Shown here in pieces: positions 49,029 to 59,953 of a stretch of DNA of 64,000 bases. Each line of letters starts with the position of its first letter. The first letter of the stretch is position 1. The DNA comes from Halarcobacter sp. (GTDB lineage: Bacteria; Campylobacterota; Campylobacteria; Campylobacterales; Arcobacteraceae): NCBI GenBank assembly GCA_048571215.1, contig CP182352.1:2912001-2976000 (forward strand), given 5' to 3'. The notes under the pieces are model-generated. The model ran no database searches, was not told where the DNA came from, and saw nothing but the letters and a program-made list of their open reading frames with translations. A program made the position numbers and the translations under genes.

Positions 49029-50438
49029 TTATTTTTTAGAAAATACTTGCTCAGCCCATTCTGTAATTGGACCTCTTAGAACTTTTTGAAGTTTAATAGC
49101 AAATACATTTACTAATGAATTAATATTTTTAGTAGATTTAAGTAGTGTAGTTAGTGAGTTTGTATGTTTATTTACATAGAAGTTGTCTATTTGTTTATTA
49201 CTTCCTAATATAACAACTTTACAAGTATTATCTATTCTTGATAAAACCATTTGCATAGTTTTATTTGACATATTTTGTGCTTCATCGATAATAACAAAGG
49301 CATTTGATAAAGTACGTCCTCTCATCTCTCCAACCCACATAGTTTCTATTGAATAGTTCTCAATAAGTTGTTCAACTCTTAGGTTTACCTCTTTATCATC
49401 TAATTCTGAATACCCTTCAGTATTTTTCTTATTAGATTGTTTTCTTTTATATTCACTTCTAATAATATAGTCTAAACTATCCATTAGTGGATGATTATAT
49501 ATTCTAAATTTTTCTTCAAGCCCTGGTAGATACCCAACATCTTCACCCTTATCTAGTGACTCAATTGAGTTTCTAATATATATAATTCTTTGAAAATATT
49601 TTTGTCTTACAAGTTTTAGTGCTCCACTTAAGGCTAAAAGAGTTTTACCACTACCTGCCTTTGCTTCAACTATTAAAACATTATAATAGTGTGCTAATAT
49701 TGCTTGAGAAAAGAATAGTTGCTCTTTATTTAAAGGTATAATCACTTGATTTCTAATTTCACCTTCATCTAATAGTACTATTCTATTGTTTTGCACTGTT
49801 GCAAGTATTATTTGATCAGAACTAATAACTTTAAAACAATAAGAAAAATTATATGGATGATAATCATCATCAAAATCAGTAATTACTCCATTATCTAAAA
49901 ACTCTGTATCTTCAAACTTAACTTCTATTGTTTTTATAAACTCAAAATTAAAATCATCTTTATTTGAACCAACTAAAGAATCTGTTTTTATATCTAAGGA
50001 TACAGCCCTTGTTCTTGCCATAATATCCAAAGATAAGAAGGTGGTATCACTATTATAATACCCTTTTACAAATCTTGCGATTTCTAATATTTTTCTGTCA
50101 TTGATTATATTTAATGGAACATTTTTTACATTTGTTTCATAATCATCTTTTGATATGATATCTACTATTACACTATTTTTGCCAAATACTTCAAGGGTAA
50201 TTATCTTATAGTTTTTCTCTTTTTTAGAGTTAACAATATTTGAATTTTCTAGTATTCTTGCAAACTCTCTTGCTTGAAAATTAATCTCATCAAAACCACT
50301 TTTTTTTGTGTCGATTTCATCAAGTACAGTTTCTGGCAATACTATTAGATTTTTCCCATCATCACTTAACTTAAAGATGTTTGTGGCATCTTCAAGTAAG
50401 ATATTAGTATCTAATACATAAATTTTTTCAAAACTCAT
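49029..50438 (-). CDS. PIN-PhoH fusion protein (PhoH2 type)
   Basis: YVLDTNILL and NDRKIL (PIN); AGSGKT, GYLPG, MRGRTL, IIDEAQN (PhoH). Confidence 0.92.
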   Translation of the reverse strand: MSFEKIYVLDTNILLEDATNIFKLSDDGKNLIVLPETVLDEIDTKKSGFDEINFQAREFARILENSNIVNSKKEKNYKIITLEVFGKNSVIVDIISKDDYETNVKNVPLNIINDRKILEIARFVKGYYNSDTTFLSLDIMARTRAVSLDIKTDSLVGSNKDDFNFEFIKTIEVKFEDTEFLDNGVITDFDDDYHPYNFSYCFKVISSDQIILATVQNNRIVLLDEGEIRNQVIIPLNKEQLFFSQAILAHYYNVLIVEAKAGSGKTLLALSGALKLVRQKYFQRIIYIRNSIESLDKGEDVGYLPGLEEKFRIYNHPLMDSLDYIIRSEYKRKQSNKKNTEGYSELDDKEVNLRVEQLIENYSIETMWVGEMRGRTLSNAFVIIDEAQNMSNKTMQMVLSRIDNTCKVVILGSNKQIDNFYVNKHTNSLTTLLKSTKNINSLVNVFAIKLQKVLRGPITEWAEQVFSKK

Positions 50439-50956
50439 GAGCTAATCTCTTTTTTACTTTTTTTATTCATTATTTTATAGACAATAAATCCCCCAATTGC
50501 TAGGCTTATTACTGTAAAAAGAAGTGAAAAGGTTTTAGTTATGGCGTAAGCTACTATTAACAATGCCAAAATAGTTGGTATCTCGTTATAAGCTCTAAAA
50601 AAACTACCATCTCTTTTAAAATTACCTTTTTTTAACTCTTTTCTAAAGTATCCCAATGAAAAAGTATAAGCAATAAGCAATATTACTACAAATATTTTCG
50701 CATGTATCCAACCATCTCCCATAATCTCAGGCTGTAAATAAAGCATAACAATTCCGCTAAGAATCGTAGCCCACATGGCAGGAACACCAATATATTTGTA
50801 CATCTTCTCTTCTTGTATCTCTACAACTTCAACAAACTCTTTTTTATCTTTATGTTCAGTATGATATACATAAAGTCTTGGTTGATAAAATAGCATTGCC
50901 ATCCATGACAACACTGCCATAATATGGAAAACCAATACCCATAAATAGTACTCCAT
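50435..50956 (-). CDS. hemJ: Protoporphyrinogen oxidase HemJ
   Basis: FHIMAVLSWMA, PRLYVYH, WIHAKI, FRAYNEIPT. Confidence 0.92.
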   Translation of the reverse strand: MEYYLWVLVFHIMAVLSWMAMLFYQPRLYVYHTEHKDKKEFVEVVEIQEEKMYKYIGVPAMWATILSGIVMLYLQPEIMGDGWIHAKIFVVILLIAYTFSLGYFRKELKKGNFKRDGSFFRAYNEIPTILALLIVAYAITKTFSLLFTVISLAIGGFIVYKIMNKKSKKEISS

Positions 50957-52140
50957 TAAACTCCCTTTATTTTGTTTAACCATTCATTTAATGTTTTTTC
51001 AAATGCAACATTTTTTGAATTGTATAAATCTAATTTCTCTTTTAAATACTCTTGTTCTACCCAACCACCATAATCATGTGGATATTTATATCCAATATGT
51101 TGGCTATCTAAATGTTTTGGAATATTTAAGATTTTACCATTTTTAACTTCATTTAGTGCTTTATTTATCGCTTCATAAGAACTATTTGATTTAGGACATG
51201 AGGCTAAAAATACAACACACTGGGCTAAAATTATCCTACTTTCTGGATATCCAATCTTTGAAGTAGCTTGCATTGTGCTTACTGCAAGATTAAGTGCATT
51301 TGGATTTGCATTACCTATATCTTCACTTGCAAAGATTACCAATCTTCTAGTTATAAACTCAACACTTTCTCCGCCCTCAATCAATCTTGCTAGATAATAT
51401 AGTGCTGCATCCACATCTGAGCCCCTTAAGGACTTAATCATTGCACTAGCAAGGTCATAGTGAGAATCCTTTGAACTAACTCCATCAGCTATTGCATTTG
51501 TCCTTAAACCCTTTAGTATATCTAAAGTCACAAGATCATCTATTTTAATAGCAAAATTTAAAAGATTTAACATAGCCCTAGCATCTCCACCACTTGATGT
51601 TATAAGATACTCTTTTGCATCCTCTTGTACATTTAAGTTTTCATTTACAATGGCTCTATTTAATATTTGTTGCATATCATTTTTAGTAAATGGCAAAAAT
51701 TCATAAAGAAATGATCTTGATCTAATAGCATTAGTTAGAGTAAAAAATGGATTTTCAGTACTTGCCCCAATAATTATTGCATCATAGTTTTCCATTATTG
51801 GCAGTAATACTTCTTGTTGATTTTTTGATAATCTGTGAACTTCATCAATAAAAAGTATAGGCTTTATAAGTGAGTCTTTATATCTTGTAAAAACTTTTCT
51901 TAACTCCTCTACTTTAATAGAGGTAGCATTAAAATAAAAGTAATCAGTGCCTATCTCTTTTGCAATTATTTTAGCTAAAGAGGTTTTCCCAGTTCCAGGT
52001 TTACCATAAAAAAAGAGATGGGGAATCTCTTTTTTTATAATAAGTTTATATAGTGGTTTATTTTTTGATATTATATGAGATTGACCTATAAACTCTTCCA
52101 AGTTTTTAGGTCTTAAATAGTTTGATAAATCATTCATCAT
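50956..52140 (-). CDS. rarA: Replication-associated recombination protein A
   Basis: LRPKNLEEFIGQ, GKPGTGKT, DEVHR, KSLRGSD, ASEDIGNA. Confidence 0.95.
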   Translation of the reverse strand: MMNDLSNYLRPKNLEEFIGQSHIISKNKPLYKLIIKKEIPHLFFYGKPGTGKTSLAKIIAKEIGTDYFYFNATSIKVEELRKVFTRYKDSLIKPILFIDEVHRLSKNQQEVLLPIMENYDAIIIGASTENPFFTLTNAIRSRSFLYEFLPFTKNDMQQILNRAIVNENLNVQEDAKEYLITSSGGDARAMLNLLNFAIKIDDLVTLDILKGLRTNAIADGVSSKDSHYDLASAMIKSLRGSDVDAALYYLARLIEGGESVEFITRRLVIFASEDIGNANPNALNLAVSTMQATSKIGYPESRIILAQCVVFLASCPKSNSSYEAINKALNEVKNGKILNIPKHLDSQHIGYKYPHDYGGWVEQEYLKEKLDLYNSKNVAFEKTLNEWLNKIKGV

Positions 52141-52921
52141 ATTGATTATTTACATAATGTCTTAAATCTCTATATTCATCTCTTGTAAGGTATCTACTTT
52201 TCCCTGTAGGTAGATTGTTTAAAGATATACCTCCAAACTCAAATCTTTTTAAATCTAAAACATTTAATCCAAAGTGTCCAAAAAATCTTCTAAGTTCTCT
52301 ATTTTTACCCTCACTAATTGCAACTTTCAATTTAGAAAAGTTCTTACCTACTGACAATACTTGATATGCAACAAAGGGTTCAAAAGTCATAGATTTTATT
52401 TTAGAATTTTTATATGCTCCATTAGTAGCATCTTCTAATTCAATACCATTTAACATAGCTTCTTCTACTTTGCTAGTTATAGGTCCATCAACTTTTATTT
52501 TATATATTCTCTCTAGTTTTGAATGCATTAGCTTATTTGCAACATCTACACTATCTGTTAATAAAATTAAACCTTCACTTGAATAGTCTAATCTTCCAAT
52601 AGGCATAAAGTGTTTGTATTTACTATCTAAACTATCAAAGATAACTTTTCTTCCTTGGGGGTCATTTTTACTAACAATCTCCCCCTTTGGTTTATTGTAC
52701 ACTATTACTGTATACATTCTATTTTTATCTTCTTTGATGATTTTTTTATTAATCTTAACTATATCATTTGTAGATACTTTTGTTGCAAGATCTGTTACAG
52801 GCTTTCCATTAATAGTAACTTTACCCTCTTCAATAACCTTATCAGCTTCTCGTCTAGAGAAATTACTATTATGAGATATAAACTTATTAAGTCTAATCAA
52901 CTCATCACTATTTTCATTCAT
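52130..52921 (-). CDS. rRNA pseudouridine synthase (RsuA/RluB family)
   Basis: S4 domain SRREAD, NKPKG, GRLD, EGKNRELRR. Confidence 0.93.
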   Translation of the reverse strand: MNENSDELIRLNKFISHNSNFSRREADKVIEEGKVTINGKPVTDLATKVSTNDIVKINKKIIKEDKNRMYTVIVYNKPKGEIVSKNDPQGRKVIFDSLDSKYKHFMPIGRLDYSSEGLILLTDSVDVANKLMHSKLERIYKIKVDGPITSKVEEAMLNGIELEDATNGAYKNSKIKSMTFEPFVAYQVLSVGKNFSKLKVAISEGKNRELRRFFGHFGLNVLDLKRFEFGGISLNNLPTGKSRYLTRDEYRDLRHYVNNQYDE

Positions 52922-53883
52922 TTTATACCAGCTTCGATTAAATCATGTATGTGTAATACCCCAACTAATTTATCATCTTTATCAGTAACAATTAGTAGTT
53001 GTATTTTGTAATCCTCTATTATCTTTAGAGCATCACTTGCCAAAAGATTTTTATCATCTATTCTTTTAGGATTTTTTGTTGATATATCTTCAACATTACA
53101 CTCCAATGAAAACTCTTCACTCATTAAAGCTCTTCTCAAATCCCCATCACTCAATACTGAAGATATTTTACCATTATTATCCAAAATTATTACATTTCCA
53201 AGTCTACCTTCACTCATCGTAACAATGGCATCTTTTAGTTTCGTTTCACGTGAAACAATTGGAAGATTTTCTTTTCTTAATAGATCATCAACCTTTACAA
53301 AAAGCTTCTTACCTAGACTTCCTCCAGGATGAAAAGAGGCAAAATCTTCTTTTTTGAAGTCTCTTTTTTTCATTAAACAAACAGCAAGGGCATCACCTAC
53401 TGCCATAGTTAAAGTTGTAGATGAAGTTGGTGCGGTATCTAAAGGGCAAGCCTCCTTACTAACAGCGATATCTAAGAAATTATCAGAATATTTTCCTAGA
53501 GTTGATTCTTTTTTACTTGCCATAGCAATCATAGGTATGTCAAATCTTTTTAGATGGGGAAGTAGTTGAATAAGCTCTTCACTCTCTCCACTATAAGATA
53601 TAGCCAAAACTATATCATCTTTGCCAATCATACCCAAATCACCATGCATTGCTTCAGTAGGATGAATAAAAAAAGATGATGTTCCAGTACTGGCAAGAGT
53701 TGCTGCTATTTTACCACCAACTAATCCAGATTTACCTACACCTGTTACAATAAGTTTACCTTTTGAATTGATAATTAAATCAACGGCTGACTCAAAATCG
53801 TAAGAGCTTATATTATTAGCTGCAGCAGTTAACTCTGCAGCTTCTATTAATAAAACTTCTTTTGCAATACTATTAAAATCCAT
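52918..53883 (-). CDS. kdsD: Arabinose-5-phosphate isomerase (KpsF/GutQ, SIS + CBS)
   Basis: GVGKSG, HPTEAMHGDLG, APTSST, HPGGSLG. Confidence 0.93.
   Translation of the reverse strand: MDFNSIAKEVLLIEAAELTAAANNISSYDFESAVDLIINSKGKLIVTGVGKSGLVGGKIAATLASTGTSSFFIHPTEAMHGDLGMIGKDDIVLAISYSGESEELIQLLPHLKRFDIPMIAMASKKESTLGKYSDNFLDIAVSKEACPLDTAPTSSTTLTMAVGDALAVCLMKKRDFKKEDFASFHPGGSLGKKLFVKVDDLLRKENLPIVSRETKLKDAIVTMSEGRLGNVIILDNNGKISSVLSDGDLRRALMSEEFSLECNVEDISTKNPKRIDDKNLLASDALKIIEDYKIQLLIVTDKDDKLVGVLHIHDLIEAGIK
53242..53257. other. parS site (intragenic)
   Basis: CGTTTCACGTGAAACA, 15/16 match to the parS consensus. Confidence 0.8.
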
Positions 53884-53892
53884 AACAAACCT

Positions 53893-55851
53893 TTACTGAA
53901 CAAATATAGTTGGAACTATCATAGGATACTTTTTGTATTTTCTAATACAGTGTTTTCTCACAACTTTTCTAATTTCATCTTCAATAATTCTATTGTTTTT
54001 AAAAATAGAATCTTTTGCATTCTTTAGAAATGTTTCTAATAAATCTTCAATCTCATTTGCGAAAAATTTATCTTGTTTATCTGGAACTAGACCAAAAGAC
54101 ATAACCCTAGCTCTTTGCTCCATTTTTCTATCATTTTCATTAATTTGACCAACTATCATAACGACACCTTCATTTGCCATAGTTTGTCTATCAATTACAA
54201 TGTCATCTGCAATTTTATTATTCAGCTGATTATCAATATAAACTTTACCAGTTTTTACACTCTTAACTTTTTTAAGATATTTAGGTGTTACTTCTATTTG
54301 TTCACCATCACTCATAATATAAGTATTTCTTTCTAAAACACCACAGTCAATTCCTGTTTTTGCATGTTTAACAGCATGATTATATTCACCATGAATAGGC
54401 ATAAAAAACTTAGGCTTAACAAGTCTAATCATAAGTTTTTGCTCTTCTTGCGCAGCATGTCCAGATACATGAATCTCGCTAAAGTCTTGATATGCTACTT
54501 GTGCACCAGCTTTAAGAATATGGTTTATAATTCCAGAGACACTCGCCTCATTTCCAGGGATTGCCTTAGCAGATAATATAATTTGATCACCTGGTTTTAT
54601 CTTTATATGTCTGTGTTCATGTATAGACATTCTATATAAAGCACTCATTGACTCACCTTGGCTTCCTGTTGTTACAATTAAAACTTCATTATCATTATAT
54701 TTGTTTACTTCATGAGCATCAATGAACTTATCTCTTGGAAATTTAATATACCCTAAACTCATTGCAAGTTCTAAGTTTTTTTCCATAGATCTTCCAATAA
54801 CACAGATTTTTCTACCATATTTTAAACCATGTTCAATAGCTTGAGAAACTCTGTGAATATTTGAAGAGAAAGTAGACATTATAACTCTACCTTTTGCACT
54901 AGAAAAAAGTCTATCAAAGGTAGGACCTACTGTTCTTTCAGATTTTGTAAACCCTGGCGAGTGAGAGTTTGTAGAATCAGACATCAAAAGTAAAACACCC
55001 TCTTCTCCATAATGTGCAAATCTATGTAAATCTGTTGGGAAACCATCAATTGGAGTGTGGTCTATTTTAAAATCTCCTGTATGGATTATAGTTCCAGCTT
55101 CTGTTTTAATAGCTAAAGATGATGCATCAATTATTGAGTGAGTAATATGTATCCATTCAACTTCAAAATCCCCTATTGCTATAGGAATTCTTTTTTCAAT
55201 TGGTCTAAATAGTTTTCTATGTTCTCTCATTTTATGTTCATCGAATTTAGAACCAATCATTTCTAATGGTAAAGAAGTACCATAAATTGGGAATTGTAAC
55301 TCTTTAAATAGATAAGCCATTGCACCAATGTGATCTTCATGTCCATGGGTAATAACAACACCAGCAATTTTATCTTTTATCTCTCTAATATATGTAAAAT
55401 CAGGGATTAAGATATCAACTCCATGCATATCTTCATCAGGGAAACTCATACCAACGTCAACTATTATGGCACTTTTTTCAGTTTCAATAACCATCATATT
55501 TCCACCAATTTCACCTAAACCACCTAAAGGTGTAATTCTAACTTTTGCATTAGTAGATAGATTTAGTTTATTGTGAGGATTTAATCTATTTTTATGAGAT
55601 CTTTCATTTATACTATGAGCTTTTTTTAAATCAGCTATCCAACTTGAATTAGTGTTTGAATTTCTTGAAGAATTGTTTTTTTGTCTTGCTGGAGTTTTTT
55701 TTCTTCTATTATTATAAGGTTTTTTTTCACCAGTTGGGTTCTCTTTTGGAGTGTCAGTTGTCTTTTTTGTAGTTTCAGTATTTTCAGTTGAAACTGTTTC
55801 TTTTACTTGATTGTCAACTTTATCAGTTTGACCTATCTCTTTGTTTTCCAT
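53893..55851 (-). CDS. rnj: Ribonuclease J with N-terminal low-complexity extension
   Basis: PLGGLGEIG, THGHEDHIG, HTGDFK, HVSGHA, PIHGE. Confidence 0.96.
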   Translation of the reverse strand: MENKEIGQTDKVDNQVKETVSTENTETTKKTTDTPKENPTGEKKPYNNRRKKTPARQKNNSSRNSNTNSSWIADLKKAHSINERSHKNRLNPHNKLNLSTNAKVRITPLGGLGEIGGNMMVIETEKSAIIVDVGMSFPDEDMHGVDILIPDFTYIREIKDKIAGVVITHGHEDHIGAMAYLFKELQFPIYGTSLPLEMIGSKFDEHKMREHRKLFRPIEKRIPIAIGDFEVEWIHITHSIIDASSLAIKTEAGTIIHTGDFKIDHTPIDGFPTDLHRFAHYGEEGVLLLMSDSTNSHSPGFTKSERTVGPTFDRLFSSAKGRVIMSTFSSNIHRVSQAIEHGLKYGRKICVIGRSMEKNLELAMSLGYIKFPRDKFIDAHEVNKYNDNEVLIVTTGSQGESMSALYRMSIHEHRHIKIKPGDQIILSAKAIPGNEASVSGIINHILKAGAQVAYQDFSEIHVSGHAAQEEQKLMIRLVKPKFFMPIHGEYNHAVKHAKTGIDCGVLERNTYIMSDGEQIEVTPKYLKKVKSVKTGKVYIDNQLNNKIADDIVIDRQTMANEGVVMIVGQINENDRKMEQRARVMSFGLVPDKQDKFFANEIEDLLETFLKNAKDSIFKNNRIIEDEIRKVVRKHCIRKYKKYPMIVPTIFVQ

Positions 55852-56638
55852 TCTTTACCTTTGTATACAATTGGCTATACAAAGATGCGCTAACTTCGTG
55901 CGGTCGTAAAGTCTCTTTCAAATTAAGTTCACTGTAGATATTAGATAAAAACTCTTTATCTGTAAGAGATAATAAGTTTTTAAAAAGTTTCTTTCTAGGT
56001 TGTACAAAACAACTCTTTAAGAACTTTAAAAAATCTTTATCTAATCTTACATCCATCTTTTTTGAAATATATAGAACAGAAGATGTAACTTTTGGAGGAG
56101 GGTCAAAAGACTCAGGAGGTACATCAAAAAGTAACCCAGATTCTTTTGAAACTAACTCAGTAATAATAGATAAAGAGGAGTATTCTTTTTGGTTTACTTT
56201 TGCAGTAAACTTTTGAGCAACCTCTTTTTGTATCATTACAATAATATTCTCGCAATTATTATCTTCAAATGCTCTTAATATAATATTTGTTGCAATATAG
56301 TAAGGTAAGTTTGCTATCAGATCAAATTTTTGATCATATAAACTACCTTTTTTGTCCCAAGCTTCTAAAACATCAGTGTGGATCAGTTCAAAATGCTTGT
56401 TATGTATCTCTATTGCAAATTTTGACTTTAATATACTGATTAAATCAGTATCGACTTCATAAGCAGTCGTATCTTTGTACTTGACTAATTTTTGAGTCAA
56501 ATCACCTAATCCAGGCCCGATTTCTACAATATGGTTATTGTTATGGGGCATCGATTGGATGATTTTATCTAGTACTGAACTATCTTTTAAAAAGTTTTGA
56601 CCAAATTTCTTTTTGGCTTTAATTACATTATTATTCAT
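55823..56638 (-). CDS. rsmA: 16S rRNA dimethyladenosine transferase
   Basis: KKFGQNFL, VEIGPGLG, ANLPYYI, PPPKVTS. Confidence 0.97.
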   Translation of the reverse strand: MNNNVIKAKKKFGQNFLKDSSVLDKIIQSMPHNNNHIVEIGPGLGDLTQKLVKYKDTTAYEVDTDLISILKSKFAIEIHNKHFELIHTDVLEAWDKKGSLYDQKFDLIANLPYYIATNIILRAFEDNNCENIIVMIQKEVAQKFTAKVNQKEYSSLSIITELVSKESGLLFDVPPESFDPPPKVTSSVLYISKKMDVRLDKDFLKFLKSCFVQPRKKLFKNLLSLTDKEFLSNIYSELNLKETLRPHEVSASLYSQLYTKVKNGKQRDRSN

Positions 56639-56709
56639 AGAACGAAGAGTATATCTGCTTTTAACTTACAATTAGATAATATAACTACTATTAAATAGAA
56701 GGATTAGTA

Positions 56710-57471
56710 TTGAGTTATTTTGCAAAAAGAATTATTCCATGTCTAGATGTAAAAGATGGTAGAGTTGTAAAAGGTGTTAACTTTGTAGGACTTCGTGATG
56801 CAGGTGATCCTGTAGAAGTTGCCAAAAGGTACAATAATGAAGGTGCAGATGAGATTACTTTTTTAGATATTACAGCTAGCCATGAAAATAGAGATACTAT
56901 AGTTGATATAGTTAAAGATGTAGCAAAAGAGGTTTTTATACCCCTTACAGTTGGTGGTGGGATAAGAAAACTTGATGATATATATAAACTTTTAAATGTA
57001 GGTTGTGATAAAGTTTCTGTTAACTCTTCAGCTGTAGTAAATCCAAATTTTATTGACGAAGGTGCCAAAAGATTTGGTAGTCAATGTATAGTTGTTGCTA
57101 TTGATGTTAAAAAAGTTCAAGATGGTTCTTACCATGTTTTTGTAAAAGGTGGAAGAGAAGATACAGGACTTGATGCACTAAAGTGGGCACAAGAAGTGTA
57201 TGATAGAGGTGCTGGAGAGATACTATTAACTTCTATGGATACAGATGGAGCAAAATCTGGATTTGAACTTAATATTACTGAACAAATATCAAAACTTGTT
57301 GATATTCCTGTTATAGCAAGTGGTGGAGCAGGAACAATGGCTCATATGAAAGAAGCCTTTGAACATGGTGCAAGTGCTGCACTAGCTGCATCGATTTTTC
57401 ACTTTAAAGAGATTGATATTATGGAATTAAAACACTACCTAAGAGAGAATAACATTCCTGTAAGGATATAA
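56710..57471 (+). CDS. hisF: Imidazole glycerol phosphate synthase cyclase subunit
   Basis: [36 protein letters not shown]. Confidence 0.97.
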   Translation: MSYFAKRIIPCLDVKDGRVVKGVNFVGLRDAGDPVEVAKRYNNEGADEITFLDITASHENRDTIVDIVKDVAKEVFIPLTVGGGIRKLDDIYKLLNVGCDKVSVNSSAVVNPNFIDEGAKRFGSQCIVVAIDVKKVQDGSYHVFVKGGREDTGLDALKWAQEVYDRGAGEILLTSMDTDGAKSGFELNITEQISKLVDIPVIASGGAGTMAHMKEAFEHGASAALAASIFHFKEIDIMELKHYLRENNIPVRI

Positions 57472-57472
57472 A

Positions 57473-58135
57473 ATGAAACCCCTAAGCCTTTTAGTTTTTT
57501 TGCCAATATTATTGTTTTCTTTTGAATTAGAATTTAATAAAAAGTTTAACCATCAATTACCCCATGATATATTAAAAACAAGTTTGATTATAACTATTAC
57601 AGATGATAGTGAAAAAGAAGTAGATAATAGACTTAATAAATTTAATGATTTGATAAAAAACTATAATAAAGTAGATAAGAAACTTGGTATATTTAATATA
57701 AGACCAAAGTTTAGGCACTCTAATAATACTCCAACTATAATTGGATATATAGGTGAGCTAATATATAAAATTGAATCAGATAAAGCACTTTATATGGATG
57801 ATTTTATATCAAAAGTTACTGATTTAAAAAAATTTAGAGATACTACAGTATCAATTTCAAGTTTGTCATGGACAGTACAAGAAACTACTTACAATGTTGC
57901 TTTAGATTTATTAAGATTAGAGGCAATAAATTGGGCTAAAACCTATGCACATAATCTATCTAATGATTTAAAAGAGAATTGTAAGATAAAGTCTATTTCA
58001 ATAGATACATCTAATACATCTGCAAATAGTGATTTATATAAGGATATTGATGTAAAATCAACTTCAATTACAATACCTAAAGCAAATCAGCAAATTGTTC
58101 AAATAAATCCTAAATTTAAATTGGAGTGTAAATGA
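57473..58135 (+). CDS. Periplasmic hypothetical protein (SIMPL/DUF541-like)
   Basis: Signal peptide; LRLEAINWAK..A..L helix pattern. Confidence 0.55.
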   Translation: MKPLSLLVFLPILLFSFELEFNKKFNHQLPHDILKTSLIITITDDSEKEVDNRLNKFNDLIKNYNKVDKKLGIFNIRPKFRHSNNTPTIIGYIGELIYKIESDKALYMDDFISKVTDLKKFRDTTVSISSLSWTVQETTYNVALDLLRLEAINWAKTYAHNLSNDLKENCKIKSISIDTSNTSANSDLYKDIDVKSTSITIPKANQQIVQINPKFKLECK

Positions 58136-58668
58136 TAATTTGTGCAGGAAGAGAAGAGGTATTTTCATTTGCAGAAGCAATGGGTGTTGGACTAATTGAG
58201 AGTTCAATTAATCTAACAAGAAGATGTTTGTTTGATAAACCAGATTTTATTTTGTTTATTGGAACAGCTGGAAGTTATGGAGAGTATAATATTTTTGATA
58301 TTGTTGAATCAAAAAGAGCAGCTAATTTAGAACTTTCATTTTTAACAAAAGACTCTTTTACTCCCCTTGATAATGTTTTAGAATCTGAGAATAAAATGGT
58401 TAGAAATGACACTATAGTAAATAGTTCAAACTATATTTCAACTAATTCAGAATTGACAAAAGAGTATAACAAATATGGTATAGGAATTGAGAATATGGAA
58501 TACTTTTCAATCCTTAGTGTTGCTAAAGAGTTTGAAATACCAGTTGCTGGAATATTTATTATTACTAACTATACAAATGAAAATGCACATAATGATTTTT
58601 TAACTAATCATAAAGAAGCTATGGCTAAATTAACTCAATATTTATTAGATAAAAAAATCATTAAATAG
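58132..58668 (+). CDS. Purine nucleoside phosphorylase-like (PNP/UDP family) protein
   Basis: FIGTAGSY, ENME, ITNY motifs. Confidence 0.75.
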   Translation: MIICAGREEVFSFAEAMGVGLIESSINLTRRCLFDKPDFILFIGTAGSYGEYNIFDIVESKRAANLELSFLTKDSFTPLDNVLESENKMVRNDTIVNSSNYISTNSELTKEYNKYGIGIENMEYFSILSVAKEFEIPVAGIFIITNYTNENAHNDFLTNHKEAMAKLTQYLLDKKIIK

Positions 58669-58682
58669 AAGTTTACCTTTTG

Positions 58683-58698
58683 TGTTTCACGTGAAACA
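58683..58698. other. parS site (intergenic)
   Basis: Perfect TGTTTCACGTGAAACA; palindrome extends over 58680-58701. Confidence 0.92.
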
Positions 58699-58786
58699 CA
58701 ATCAAATTTTATATTAAAAACTAAAGATTAATCAATAAAATATTTTTGTTTAATTATGCTATAAAAGGAAAATAGGAAGGAAAAAG

Positions 58787-59854
58787 ATGAATTCAATATA
58801 TGACTACACTCTAGATGAATTAAAAGAAGAATTAAAACCAGCATTTAGAGCAAAACAAATATATAACTGGATATATAAAAAATATGTTTCTTCATATGAT
58901 GAGATGAAAAATATACCAAACGATTTAAAAGAAACTCTTAAAAACAATTATGCAATTGATATTTTAGAAATAGTAAAAAAAGAGATAAGTCTTGATGGTA
59001 GTATAAAGTATCTTTTTAAATTACATGATGAACATACAATAGAAGCTGTTTTACTTTTGATGAAAAAGAAAAAAACAAATGAAGATGGAACAATAGAAAA
59101 AAGTGAGAAATATACTGTATGTATTTCAACACAAGTTGGATGTAAAGTTGGGTGTACTTTTTGTTTAACAGCAAAAGGTGGTTTTGTTAGAAATCTTAGT
59201 GTGGGAGAGATAATCAATCAGATTGTTCAAATCAAGAGGGATAATGAGATTGCAGAAAACAAATCTTTAAATATTGTCTTTATGGGTATGGGTGAACCAC
59301 TTGATAATTATGATAATTTTATTAAATCTGTAAAAATATTTTCAGAACTTGATGGACTTGCAATAAGTAGAAGAAGACAAACAGTTTCAACATCTGGGAT
59401 ATCATCAAAAATAGAAAAATTAGGAAATGAAGATTTAGGTATACAACTTGCTATATCTTTACATGCAGTTGATGATGAATTAAGAACCGAATTAATACCA
59501 ATGAATAAAGCTTATAATATAAAATCAATAATTGATGCTGTAAAAAAATTCCCAGTTGATGCAAGAAAAAAAGTTATGTTTGAATACTTAGTGATAAAAG
59601 ATAAAAATGATGATTTAGCAAGTGCTAAAAAACTATTAAAACTTTTAGATGGAATTAAAGCAAAAGTAAATTTAATATACTTTAATCCATATCCTGGAAC
59701 TTCATATCAAAGACCACAAAGGGAGGATATGATAAAATTTCAAGAATTTTTAACAAGCAAAGGTTTACTTTGCACAATAAGAGAATCGAAAGGTTTGGAT
59801 ATCTCAGCAGCATGTGGACAACTAAAAGAAAAGGAATCTAATGGACGCACTTGA
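58787..59854 (+). CDS. rlmN: Dual-specificity RNA methyltransferase (radical SAM)
   Basis: CISTQVGCKVGCTFC, MGMGEP, ISLHA, AACGQL. Confidence 0.97.
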   Translation: MNSIYDYTLDELKEELKPAFRAKQIYNWIYKKYVSSYDEMKNIPNDLKETLKNNYAIDILEIVKKEISLDGSIKYLFKLHDEHTIEAVLLLMKKKKTNEDGTIEKSEKYTVCISTQVGCKVGCTFCLTAKGGFVRNLSVGEIINQIVQIKRDNEIAENKSLNIVFMGMGEPLDNYDNFIKSVKIFSELDGLAISRRRQTVSTSGISSKIEKLGNEDLGIQLAISLHAVDDELRTELIPMNKAYNIKSIIDAVKKFPVDARKKVMFEYLVIKDKNDDLASAKKLLKLLDGIKAKVNLIYFNPYPGTSYQRPQREDMIKFQEFLTSKGLLCTIRESKGLDISAACGQLKEKESNGRT

Positions 59855-59945
59855 TTTAGCAATGGTAATTTTCCTTTTAGCAGTTGTAATTATTACTGCA
59901 ATTGGTTTTTTTATAAGCAACAAAAATAAAGATGATAATAAATAA
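59841..59945 (+). CDS. 34-aa single-pass membrane small protein
   Basis: MDALDLAMVIFLLAVVIITAIGFFISNKNKDDNK*, RBS AAGGA at 59831-59835; fills the rlmN-gltX gap. Confidence 0.7.
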   Translation: MDALDLAMVIFLLAVVIITAIGFFISNKNKDDNK

Positions 59946-59953
59946 GGATTAAT

